Of a stretch of DNA of 64,000 nucleotides, positions 45,601 to 53,869 are shown in pieces. How positions within the stretch are numbered: the stretch's first letter is position 1; the number at the start of each line of letters is the position of its first letter. The DNA comes from a virus. Its lineage: Duplodnaviria; Caudoviricetes. A program made the position numbers and the translations under genes. Location: IMG/VR virus record IMGVR_UViG_2896201746_000001, positions 1 to 64,000 of that record, one strand, 5' to 3'. The notes under the pieces were generated by a model, which did no database searches, was not told the DNA's origin, and worked only from the letters and a program-made list of their open reading frames with translations.

Positions 45601-46033
45601 AATCCCTCACCCTTCAGCGTGGGCAGAATCCTGGGAATCGCCGGCCCCGGCCCGATTCCTCACCTTTGGCCCGCCCAATCTCTCACCTTTGCCCCGGCCC
45701 CATTTCTCACCCTTCGGCCGCCCGATTTCTCACCTTTCGGCACGGCTCGCCGACAAGCGGCCGGAGACGGCGCAAACCGCGACTCCGCCCCATTTCTCAC
45801 CTTTGCCGGCAGCCAGATTTCTCACCCTGGGGATAAGTTGCCCGCCCGATTTCTCACCTTTGCAGGCCCAATAACTCACCAGAATCGGCCCCATTTCTCA
45901 CCAGAATCGGCCAGATTTCTCACCTGAAGCGGTGAATCAGGATTGCGATTCAATGGCTTGCCAGAGCCAAAGTATGAAATAGGAAATTAGAAGTTAGGGC
46001 GGGAGCAATCAGCGCCCGCCCGGTTTCTCACCT
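45601..46033. repeat. Iteron array / plasmid origin
   Basis: About 12 copies of (G/C)ATTTCTCACC-like units, many about 22-23 bp apart, with an AT-richer stretch at about 45930-45995. Confidence 0.88.
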
Positions 46034-46299
46034 TAGAAGCCCTGTGCGCGCAGCAGGTCGTCGAAGAACTCGCCGATTTCCTTGCCCTGGCTGACCAGAT
46101 CGGCCTTCAGTTTCAAGGCTCGCGAGCGCTCCAGCCGGAAGCAGACGTTAACCGTGTCCTCGGCGAGCAGCCCAGGACGCTTCGTGCGATGACGCCGGCG
46201 GACTTCCTCGGATTCCGGGATCGCTTCCTGCGTCGACGCCGCGGCGGCAGCGCGGGCGCGGGAGGCCATCTCTTCCGGGGTCATTCGGGGCTTAGCCAT
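46033..46299 (-). CDS. Small ParG/RHH-type centromere-binding protein
   Basis: 88 aa coupled to parA; flexible basic N-terminus then VNVCFRL strand and two helices. Confidence 0.7.
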   Translation of the reverse strand: MAKPRMTPEEMASRARAAAAASTQEAIPESEEVRRRHRTKRPGLLAEDTVNVCFRLERSRALKLKADLVSQGKEIGEFFDDLLRAQGF

Positions 46300-46924
46300 T
46301 CTTCGTGATCTCCAGGATGCGATCCAGCAGACGGGTGATCTCGGCAGCGCCTGGGTTCTTCGGATCGACGTCCGACAGACCCAGGCCCTCCATTCCGTAG
46401 GCTCCGAAGCCGACACGGTCGCGGATCGGGTCGGCAACGATCGCCTTGCCGCCGCTCAGCCCCGACACCACGATCGGCACCTCGGATTCCTGCTTTTCGG
46501 TTTTGATGCGGTTGGGCGCGACGAGCGGAATCTTGCCGGCCTTGTCGACCACCTCGAAGGTGCGGCCGAACGCGAGATAGTCCGGGCCGGTCGGCTGAAG
46601 GGGGAAAACGACCAGATCGGCGACCGTGACCGCCGGCTTGATCTCGGCTTTCTTACCGGGGGTGTCGATAAGAATGAAGTCCCACTCCTTCGACTGGATC
46701 TCCTTGGCGATCCGCCCTTCCAGCCGCGAAACATCAAGAGCGTGCAGCTCCATGCCCGTCTTGTTCTCGCGCTCCCGGTATAAACCTGCGAGCGTGCCCT
46801 GTGGGTCGATGTCGACCAGGAGCACTTTAAGTCCGCGAGAAACCATCTGAATCGCCAATTCCCAGGCGAGTGTGGTTTTCCCGGCACCGCCTTTGGAGGC
46901 GATGAACGAGACGGCTTTGGTCAT
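46292..46924 (-). CDS. parA: ParA partition ATPase (short type Ib)
   Basis: KGGAGKTT deviant Walker A, DIDPQG, LIDTPG, ADLVVFP. Confidence 0.95.
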   Translation of the reverse strand: MTKAVSFIASKGGAGKTTLAWELAIQMVSRGLKVLLVDIDPQGTLAGLYRERENKTGMELHALDVSRLEGRIAKEIQSKEWDFILIDTPGKKAEIKPAVTVADLVVFPLQPTGPDYLAFGRTFEVVDKAGKIPLVAPNRIKTEKQESEVPIVVSGLSGGKAIVADPIRDRVGFGAYGMEGLGLSDVDPKNPGAAEITRLLDRILEITKNG

Positions 46925-46925
46925 A

Positions 46926-46957
46926 CGATAAGCCTATTGGTCAATTGAGTCATGAAA
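46926..46957. promoter_or_regulatory. 8-bp-period array at the parA start (candidate par operator/parS)
   Basis: CGATAAGC CTATTGGT CAATTGAG TCATGAAA; related arrays at seven other sites. Confidence 0.55.
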
Positions 46958-47027
46958 CTAACCTAGTAGGGTTTTCACTAACCCGCATTAGGCTTGTTTG
47001 CCTGTTGAAAGCGGCAGTTATCGCGCT

Positions 47028-47084
47028 TATCATTCATCAAAGACTGAAGACAGTAAGTTATGACTGTAGGTAGCAAACTACCTA
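47028..47084. promoter_or_regulatory. Operator cluster upstream of the XRE gene
   Basis: 16-bp box at 47028-47043, ACAGT-N8-ACTGT at 47050-47067, TAGGTAG-CAAA-CTACCTA at 47067-47084. Confidence 0.55.
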
Positions 47085-47127
47085 TGGTGAGGTCATCGGC
47101 CTGGTGAATCAGATTTGGGTGAAATCA

Positions 47128-47442
47128 ATGGCATCGTACCTCGATTTAGTGCTCCCCGGTGAAATCGTGGCGCAGCGTCGCAAGGAGCTGCACATGACCC
47201 AAACCGAAGTGGCGAAGAAAATGGGCTACCGCAACCCCAACTTCGTCTCGATGATGGAAAGCAACAGCAGCCGCGTCCCGATCGAGCGGTGCTTCGAGCT
47301 TGCCGATATTCTTGAGATGGACCGCATATGGTTCCTTAAGCGCGTGCTCGGCGATCATTATCCACAAGTCTCCGAAGAGTTGTTCTCCGCCGCCAGCCTG
47401 CGTCGCCTCCTCGATGAGGCCGAGCAGAAGGAGGCCGCCTGA
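47128..47442 (+). CDS. XRE-family repressor
   Basis: MTQTEVAKKMGYRNPNFVSMMESNSSRVPI HTH. Confidence 0.88.
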   Translation: MASYLDLVLPGEIVAQRRKELHMTQTEVAKKMGYRNPNFVSMMESNSSRVPIERCFELADILEMDRIWFLKRVLGDHYPQVSEELFSAASLRRLLDEAEQKEAA

Positions 47443-47480
47443 CCGGGCGGCCTTCCTATTCGTTTGTCCATTTTAAAAAG

Positions 47481-47517
47481 GCCCAGCTCGCTTTCGCTTC
47501 GTGCTGGGCTTTTCTTT
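47481..47517 (+). terminator. Intrinsic terminator, possibly bidirectional
   Basis: A-tract, GCCCAGC..GCTGGGC stem, TTTTCTTT. Confidence 0.65.
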
Positions 47518-47570
47518 CGCTATCGTTTATCAGTCAGCGATGACATATCGTGTGTATGTAGGAGGAACGA

Positions 47571-50159
47571 GTGCCACGCCCGCTGAAAAAGCTGTCTGCC
47601 CGGCCGGCTGAGCCGCTCCCCGAGCTGCCGCCGCTCAAGCGCGAGAGCAAGATGGAGGCGCTGCGCCGGACTGCCGCGATCATCTCCGGCAATTTCGGCA
47701 TCCAGGTCGTGTTCGCCGGCAACCGCGCCTACACCGACTTCAAGCGCATCGTCGTGCCAAGCCTGCCTGACAACGCGCCCGACGATCTGGTCGACGCGAT
47801 CACCGGCTATGTCGACCATGAGATCGGCCATATCCTATTCACCGATCCGAACGAGAAGCGGCCGTTCCGTGAAAAGGATAAGCGCGCCCAGTTCATGACC
47901 AATGCGGTCGAGGACGTGCGGCAGGAGTTCCAGACCGCCAATCTCTACCGCGGCATGGGTCTTAACCTCGACCGCTCGGCGATCTGGTCGATCTCCAAGA
48001 TCCGGGAGAACTGGCAGAACGACGACGCCTACCCGGCCTTCAGCCGGTTTCTCGTTCTTGCAATCTGCTGGTGGCGGGCAAAGGTCGGTGGCCTGCCGGA
48101 AGCCCAGCAATTTCTCGACGACTGCGGCGGCGAGACGCTGAAGGTCGTCAAGCACTTCGCGGCGCGCATCGAGAAGTGGCACACCCTGCCCTCGACGGCC
48201 GCGGCCTATGACGAGGCCAAGGCGATCCTGGCCGAGCTGGACAAGCTCAACCAGCAGGCCAAGCAGCCGCCGATGCCCCCTCCTCCCCCGCCCCCGCCTT
48301 CCCAGCAGCCCAACGAAGAGACGGGTGAGGGTGGCGGCCAGGGCCAGCAGGACGAGCGCGACAGCAGCGGCGAAACCGAGAACGAGGAGTGCTCGTCGAA
48401 CGCCGATCCCGATGAGCCTGTCGAGCAGGACGATGACGGCGGCAACAGCGAGGGCAGCGCCGGCAGCGACAGCGACGAAGAGGCCGAACACGACGAGGCG
48501 TCCGGGGTCGATGACGCCGACGGCGACCAGGGCGAGGGGGAGCAGGATGACGAGCAATCGGCCGGCGGATCCGATCAGGACGATGCTGACGATGGCGATC
48601 AGGGCGGCGATGGTAGAGCCGGCGGCGACGGCGCTGATGAAGGAGCTGACGACGATCAGGGCGATGGCGATGCTGCCGGCCCGGCCGCTTCCGAAGGCGA
48701 CGAAGACGAGGCTGCTGGCGACGACGCCGATGACGGGGACGACGGCTCTGCTGGCGGCGATGCTGATGGCGAGGACGCCGACACCGGCGCAGACGCGAAC
48801 GGCGCTGGAGGCGATGGCGACGCAGATGATGACGACGCTGCGGACGCTGGAGACGACAGCGAAAGCGATGCGGGCGGCGCTGGAGGCGATGCCGGCGAAG
48901 ATGGCGCAGACGGCGAGGACGATGAGGGCGACGCCCCGGCCCCTGGCGATGACGGTGCCGGCGATGAAGATGGCGATGCCGCCGGCGACAGCAACGGCGA
49001 CGATCCGGGAGGCGATGGAGAGGGCGAGGAGGCTGACGACGAGCCGGTAGAGGACAGCCAGGAGGCCAGCGACGGCCGCGGCACCGATGACGTCGCCGAG
49101 GGCGGACCGAGCGGCATGCGCGGCGTGCTCGATGCGCTGTGCGGCGAGCAGAAGCGCGAGGCGCTCGAAAAGTCGTCGACCCTGCACGCCGTCATGCAGA
49201 GCGAGATCGAGGTCGACAGCCGTGCCGTCACCGGCCATCGCGCCTACACCGAAGAGTTCGATCAGATCATCGAGCCGGTCGGCGAGGCGACGCTGGAGAG
49301 CTACAGCCGGGCCTACGACGCGGTGAAGCCCTACGTCAACGTCATTGCCGGCGTGCTGACCCGTGTTCTGCTGTCGCGCACCACCGCGACCACGCTGCGC
49401 GGCCGGCACTCGGGCGCGGTCAGCTTGAATGCGATCAGCCAGCTCCGCGCCGGCCAGTCGAACGTCTTCCAGACCCGCCAGGAGGGCGCGAAGCTCGACA
49501 CTTACGTCGAGCTGGTCGTCGATCACAGCGGCTCGATGGACGGAAGCAAGATCGAGACGGCGATGCAGACCTGCATCGCGCTTGCCGAGAGCCTGGCGAA
49601 GATCGGCATCCCGTTCGGCATCTCCGGCTTCACGACCGGACTTGGCTGCGAAGAGCACGAGGCACAGGACAAAGATCTGTGGCGACGCGCCCGCGATTAC
49701 GTCTATGGCGCGTTTGCCAATCCCGATCTGGCCGACTTCGAGCGGATCGACCCGATCGTCGAGTTCCGCTACAAGACGCCCGAAATCCCGTTCGCCCAGA
49801 TGAAGACCAAGCTCGCGCTGATGCCCGGGCAGATGATGGGGGCCAACGCCGACGGCGACAGCATCTACAAGATCGCCAAGCGCGTCTCCCGCCGGCGGGA
49901 AAGCCGCAAGGTCATCATCGTCATGTCGGACGGCTTCCCGGCCGCGCGCCAGGGCAAGAACATCGAGGGCGACGCGGCCGAGCGCTACATGGCCCATGTC
50001 GCCAAGCTGCTCGCCCGGACGCCGGGCCTGGAGCTGGTCGGAATCGGCATCATGTCGGACGCGGTGAAGCACTACTACCCGCGCTGCGCCGTCATCAACA
50101 ACGTCGCCGATCTGCCGGCCGTGGCGATGAACGAACTCAAACACGCCCTGATGGGGTAA
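47571..50159 (+). CDS. CobT-like VWA protein with a long acidic linker
   Basis: HEIGH motif in the N-terminal domain, D/G/E-rich linker of roughly 270 aa, MIDAS DHSGSM..SDG. Confidence 0.88.
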   Translation: MPRPLKKLSARPAEPLPELPPLKRESKMEALRRTAAIISGNFGIQVVFAGNRAYTDFKRIVVPSLPDNAPDDLVDAITGYVDHEIGHILFTDPNEKRPFREKDKRAQFMTNAVEDVRQEFQTANLYRGMGLNLDRSAIWSISKIRENWQNDDAYPAFSRFLVLAICWWRAKVGGLPEAQQFLDDCGGETLKVVKHFAARIEKWHTLPSTAAAYDEAKAILAELDKLNQQAKQPPMPPPPPPPPSQQPNEETGEGGGQGQQDERDSSGETENEECSSNADPDEPVEQDDDGGNSEGSAGSDSDEEAEHDEASGVDDADGDQGEGEQDDEQSAGGSDQDDADDGDQGGDGRAGGDGADEGADDDQGDGDAAGPAASEGDEDEAAGDDADDGDDGSAGGDADGEDADTGADANGAGGDGDADDDDAADAGDDSESDAGGAGGDAGEDGADGEDDEGDAPAPGDDGAGDEDGDAAGDSNGDDPGGDGEGEEADDEPVEDSQEASDGRGTDDVAEGGPSGMRGVLDALCGEQKREALEKSSTLHAVMQSEIEVDSRAVTGHRAYTEEFDQIIEPVGEATLESYSRAYDAVKPYVNVIAGVLTRVLLSRTTATTLRGRHSGAVSLNAISQLRAGQSNVFQTRQEGAKLDTYVELVVDHSGSMDGSKIETAMQTCIALAESLAKIGIPFGISGFTTGLGCEEHEAQDKDLWRRARDYVYGAFANPDLADFERIDPIVEFRYKTPEIPFAQMKTKLALMPGQMMGANADGDSIYKIAKRVSRRRESRKVIIVMSDGFPAARQGKNIEGDAAERYMAHVAKLLARTPGLELVGIGIMSDAVKHYYPRCAVINNVADLPAVAMNELKHALMG

Positions 50160-50174
50160 TAGAGGAATAGCTCA

Positions 50175-50354
50175 ATGGTTCAATTGACGGGCCCCGAGCG
50201 CGCGGCCTTGAAGACCGCGCTGCGCAATGAAATCGAGCGCCTGGAGGCGCTGTGCGGCCTTCGGCACGCCCTCCCCTACGAGAGGGAGTCATGGTCCGAG
50301 CAGATCGCTGATTCCAGATCGGCGCTCGCCAAGTTGGAGGCGCTGTCCGCATAG
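50175..50354 (+). CDS. 59-aa helical small protein (absent from the ORF track)
   Basis: AGAGGA RBS; MVQLTGPERAALKTALRNEIERLEALCG..KLEALSA; flanked by two 8-bp arrays. Confidence 0.55.
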   Translation: MVQLTGPERAALKTALRNEIERLEALCGLRHALPYERESWSEQIADSRSALAKLEALSA

Positions 50355-50491
50355 CTCAATGCAGCAATAGCTCTATTCGGCAATGACTCCATGCGTGAAC
50401 GCGCGGGCACGTCTTCAATTGCCCTCTGGCGCTCGCGCGTGCGATGTTCTATCAGTCAGCGATGATAATAAACCAATAAGGGGTTTGTGTT

Positions 50492-52699
50492 ATGTCCGCA
50501 CAGGTGATCGCGATGCGTAAACCCGCAATCGACATCGAGGCCAAGGTGAAGTGCCGGGAATGCGGGTTCGAGGGGCATTCCCTCTACAAGCATATCCAGG
50601 ACGCCCATGGCCTGAGCGCCGAGGACTACATCGCCAAGCATCCCGGGGCCGAGCTGCTGTCGCCGCTCGGCAATGAGGTGATGAAGGCGCATTTCTCGGC
50701 CCAGGCCGAGGTACGCTACACCAGCGAGCCGAAATCGTCGATCGACCTGTTCGCCATCGGCTTCGGCAAGGCGACCGGCTACACCAAGCAGATGCCGGTG
50801 CGTACCTATGCCGGCTTCACCAAGGAGCACGGCGTCCCGGACGTCGATCCGAACTACTACTTCCCCGAGGCCGTCAGCCGCGACCTCATCATGGGCATGG
50901 AGAAGGGCGGGCGCGTCTATGCCCACGGCCCGACCGGCTCCGGCAAGTGCCTCGGCAAGGGCACGCCGGTGATGATGTTCAACGGCACGATTCGGCCTGT
51001 CGAGGATGTGCGGGTCGGCGATCTGCTGATGGGGCCTGATAGCTTTCCGCGCCGCGTTGTGGCGATCGGCAGCGGGCGCGAGCCGCTTTATCGCGTCGTG
51101 CCGACCAAGGGCGATGCCTACGTCGTCAACGAGAGCCATATTCTGTCGCTGCGCATGACGAACGGATCAAAGCGCTCGTGCGGCATTGAGGATGGCTCAA
51201 TCGTCAACATCGAGGTGCGCGACTACCTTCAGAAGACATCGACCTTCAAGCATTGTGCGAAGGGCTGGCGCGCTGGTGTCGATTTTCTCCCCCTGGCCGA
51301 GCCGCTGCCGCTTGAGCCGTATTTTCTTGGTCTTTGGCTGGGTGACGGCAATTCGGCGAACTCGAACATCTGGTCGACGGAACCCGAGATCGGCGCGTAT
51401 CTTCACGACTACGCCCGTCGCCTTGGAATGGTGTGCCGCGAGGACCGCTCGGCGTCGTCCGTCGATCTCGTCACCTACTCGATCTCGAAGCCCGGAGGTA
51501 AGAAGCATACCCACGTTTTGCGCCAGGCGCTTCGCCTGCACGGCCTGATCGACAACAAGCATGTTCCGCATGCCTATAAGACGGCATCGCGTTCCGAGCG
51601 CCTGGAGCTTCTGGCCGGCATCATCGACACCGACGGCTGCCTCGGTGTCGGCGGCTATGATCTGACGCTGAAGTCCGAGCGCCTGCTGGATGACGTGGTT
51701 TTCGTGGCGCGTTCGCTCGGCTTTGCCGCATACAAGGCGGAAGCCAAGAAGACCTGCGCGAACAACGGCGTCGAGGATATCTATTATCGCTGCTGGATCA
51801 GCGGCGACATTGACCAGATCCCGTGCCGCGTCGAGCGCAAGAAGGCGACGCCGCGACAGCAGGTAAAGAATGTGCTGAACGTCGGCATCACGCTGGAGCC
51901 GTTGGGCGAGGGCGACTACTACGGCTTCCAGATCGAAGGACCGGATCGCCTGTTCCTGCTCGGCGACTTCACGGTGACGCATAACACCACCTGGTTCGAG
52001 CAGTTCGCTGCCCGCACCGGCCGCCCGTTCTGGCGCGAGCAGATGTTCCGCGAAAAGGAGCCGGTCGAGCTGACCGGCCTGTGGGTCGTCAATGACCGCG
52101 GCGCGATGGAGTATATGTACTCGGGCTTGGTGAAGGCGCTCCAGCAGCCGTCGATCATCTGCTTTGACGAATACGACAGCGGCAACGCGGTCGTCACGGC
52201 CATGTGCAACGCCCTGTTGGAGGGCAAGCCGCTGATCCTGGGCAACAAGGGCGGCGAGAAGATCTGGCCGCATCCGGAGTGCATCATGGTCGCCACCGGC
52301 AACACCAACGGCATGGGCGACGACACCGGCCTGTATGCCTCGACCAGCGTGCAGTCCTTTGCCACCATGAACCGCTTCCGCATGTTCGTGAAGATCGACT
52401 ACATGCCGGAGGAGAAGGAGCGCGAGGTCATCAAGCGCGTCTTCCCGAAGCTCCCCGAGGGCCGGGTGAAGAACATCGCGAAGGTCGCAAAGCTGGTGCG
52501 CGACGGTTACATCGGCGGCAAGGTGAGCTGCCCGCTCTCCACGCGCCAGGTGCTCAACTGGGCGGACTGGGATATGAGCACCGGCGAGTCCGGCCGCTCC
52601 TTCCGCCTCGCCTTCGTCAACCAGCTCAACGAAACCGACGCGAAGGTCGTCGGCGAGCTGTACCAGCGCGTTTACGCCAAGAGCATCGACGAGGATTAA
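50492..52699 (+). CDS. CobS/MoxR-like AAA+ ATPase with N-terminal C2H2 finger, interrupted by an intein
   Basis: CREC..H....H finger; GPTGSGK|T Walker A; FDEYD; ATGNTNG; NRF; STR. Confidence 0.9.
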   Translation: MSAQVIAMRKPAIDIEAKVKCRECGFEGHSLYKHIQDAHGLSAEDYIAKHPGAELLSPLGNEVMKAHFSAQAEVRYTSEPKSSIDLFAIGFGKATGYTKQMPVRTYAGFTKEHGVPDVDPNYYFPEAVSRDLIMGMEKGGRVYAHGPTGSGKCLGKGTPVMMFNGTIRPVEDVRVGDLLMGPDSFPRRVVAIGSGREPLYRVVPTKGDAYVVNESHILSLRMTNGSKRSCGIEDGSIVNIEVRDYLQKTSTFKHCAKGWRAGVDFLPLAEPLPLEPYFLGLWLGDGNSANSNIWSTEPEIGAYLHDYARRLGMVCREDRSASSVDLVTYSISKPGGKKHTHVLRQALRLHGLIDNKHVPHAYKTASRSERLELLAGIIDTDGCLGVGGYDLTLKSERLLDDVVFVARSLGFAAYKAEAKKTCANNGVEDIYYRCWISGDIDQIPCRVERKKATPRQQVKNVLNVGITLEPLGEGDYYGFQIEGPDRLFLLGDFTVTHNTTWFEQFAARTGRPFWREQMFREKEPVELTGLWVVNDRGAMEYMYSGLVKALQQPSIICFDEYDSGNAVVTAMCNALLEGKPLILGNKGGEKIWPHPECIMVATGNTNGMGDDTGLYASTSVQSFATMNRFRMFVKIDYMPEEKEREVIKRVFPKLPEGRVKNIAKVAKLVRDGYIGGKVSCPLSTRQVLNWADWDMSTGESGRSFRLAFVNQLNETDAKVVGELYQRVYAKSIDED
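50948..51985 (+). mobile_element. Intein with LAGLIDADG homing endonuclease (346 aa)
   Basis: Begins CLGKGT, block B NESH, LGLWLGDG and LAGIIDTDG, ends VTHN followed by Thr. Confidence 0.95.
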
Positions 52700-52804
52700 G
52701 CGCGCCGTCGTCTATATGTCACCGCTGACGGACAGTAGCTTTTCCCCGCTCTGTCTGTCAGCGCTATAGTCATTTCACGAGTTATTTTTGTGGAGCGCAG
52801 TGAC

Positions 52805-53635
52805 ATGGACGACGTGATCTTCGAGGCCTCGCTCGTCGAGGCCGAGCTTCAGGCATTCCGCAGCCGTCCCTGCTACGGCACGCTGGCTCAGCCGGTCGCG
52901 CGCTGCGCGCTGTGCCTGGTTCATGACGACTGCGTGGCGCTGCGCAGCGAGGCTGCGGCCTCGCTCGACGTGATCGCCGAGCATTACGCCTATCTGCTGG
53001 CCGCCCGGCCCGCGCCGGCTACCTCCTGGCCCGAGGTGTTCGACGAGCTGGCGGTCGAAGCGACGCCGGCCCCGCAGCGCGAGCGCCGCCCTGCCGCCCG
53101 CCCCCGCCCGGAGGCCTTCGACTTCCGCGGCGTCATGCTGCGGCCGGACGGCGAGACGCTGGTGACGAAGACCCAGCTCACCGTCTCCGGCGATTTCCAG
53201 CAGCGCGCGAAGGACGTCCCCTGGCCCGAGCTGTTCTGCATGGAAAGCGGCAGGGATTACCGCATCACCTGCCCGGCCACCGAAGACCGCGACAAGCGCC
53301 ACCAGATCGACTGGTATCGCGCGGGAAGCTGCGTCGCCGTGATGCCCGACCTCGACCAGTTCGCCAATCTCGGCAACCCCTATGCCGGTCAGAGCCACGT
53401 CATTGGCGGCTCGATCGCCTACTGGACCTGGGAGATTGCCGGCGGCATGGCCGAGACGGTGCCGGTCGCGCCGCAGGACATCACCGACCGGGTGCTGTCG
53501 GCGTCGGGCATGCGCGGGACGGCCTACAACAAGGCCTGCGTGCGCGACGCCCTGCGCGACATGGCGCTGTTCGGAATCCTGCGCCGCTGCCGGCGCATCG
53601 ACAACGGACATCTGGTTTTTATCATCGAGAGGTGA
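52805..53635 (+). CDS. Hypothetical protein with N-terminal Cys cluster
   Basis: CYG..CALC....C; about 276 aa; possible C-terminal winged helix. Confidence 0.65.
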   Translation: MDDVIFEASLVEAELQAFRSRPCYGTLAQPVARCALCLVHDDCVALRSEAAASLDVIAEHYAYLLAARPAPATSWPEVFDELAVEATPAPQRERRPAARPRPEAFDFRGVMLRPDGETLVTKTQLTVSGDFQQRAKDVPWPELFCMESGRDYRITCPATEDRDKRHQIDWYRAGSCVAVMPDLDQFANLGNPYAGQSHVIGGSIAYWTWEIAGGMAETVPVAPQDITDRVLSASGMRGTAYNKACVRDALRDMALFGILRRCRRIDNGHLVFIIER

Positions 53636-53869
53636 TAATCTCCCGCCAGTCACAGAGCGGGACTGTGCTCCAAGAGCCACTGCCGGGGCAGGCGACTTCA
53701 AGCGCCGGCTCTTCCAAGCCTATCCTGCGCGCGAGCGCCGACCATGTGTTCCCCGCAATCGACGTCGTTGATGTAGACCATGGTGAAGGTGGGAAGCCCC
53801 GGCACTATTCGTTTGACCATATGTCAGTAATTAGTGAAGTATACGCAGACGCTGTTTTGTGAGGGCGAG

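Noticed and set aside
45601-46033. CRISPR array
   Set aside because: Repeats are about 11 bp with short related spacers, next to a Rep gene, with no cas genes; they are iterons
48300-49110. Tandem DNA repeat or pseudogene
   Set aside because: In-frame low-complexity Asp/Gly coding linker within an intact ORF
47571-52699. Cobalamin biosynthesis auxiliary genes
   Set aside because: No cobN or pathway genes; phage CobS/CobT-like pairs are better read as MoxR-VWA chaperones
53632-53862. 76-aa ORF before dnaE
   Set aside because: No motif or clear RBS, and it overlaps a regulatory box; cannot be supported
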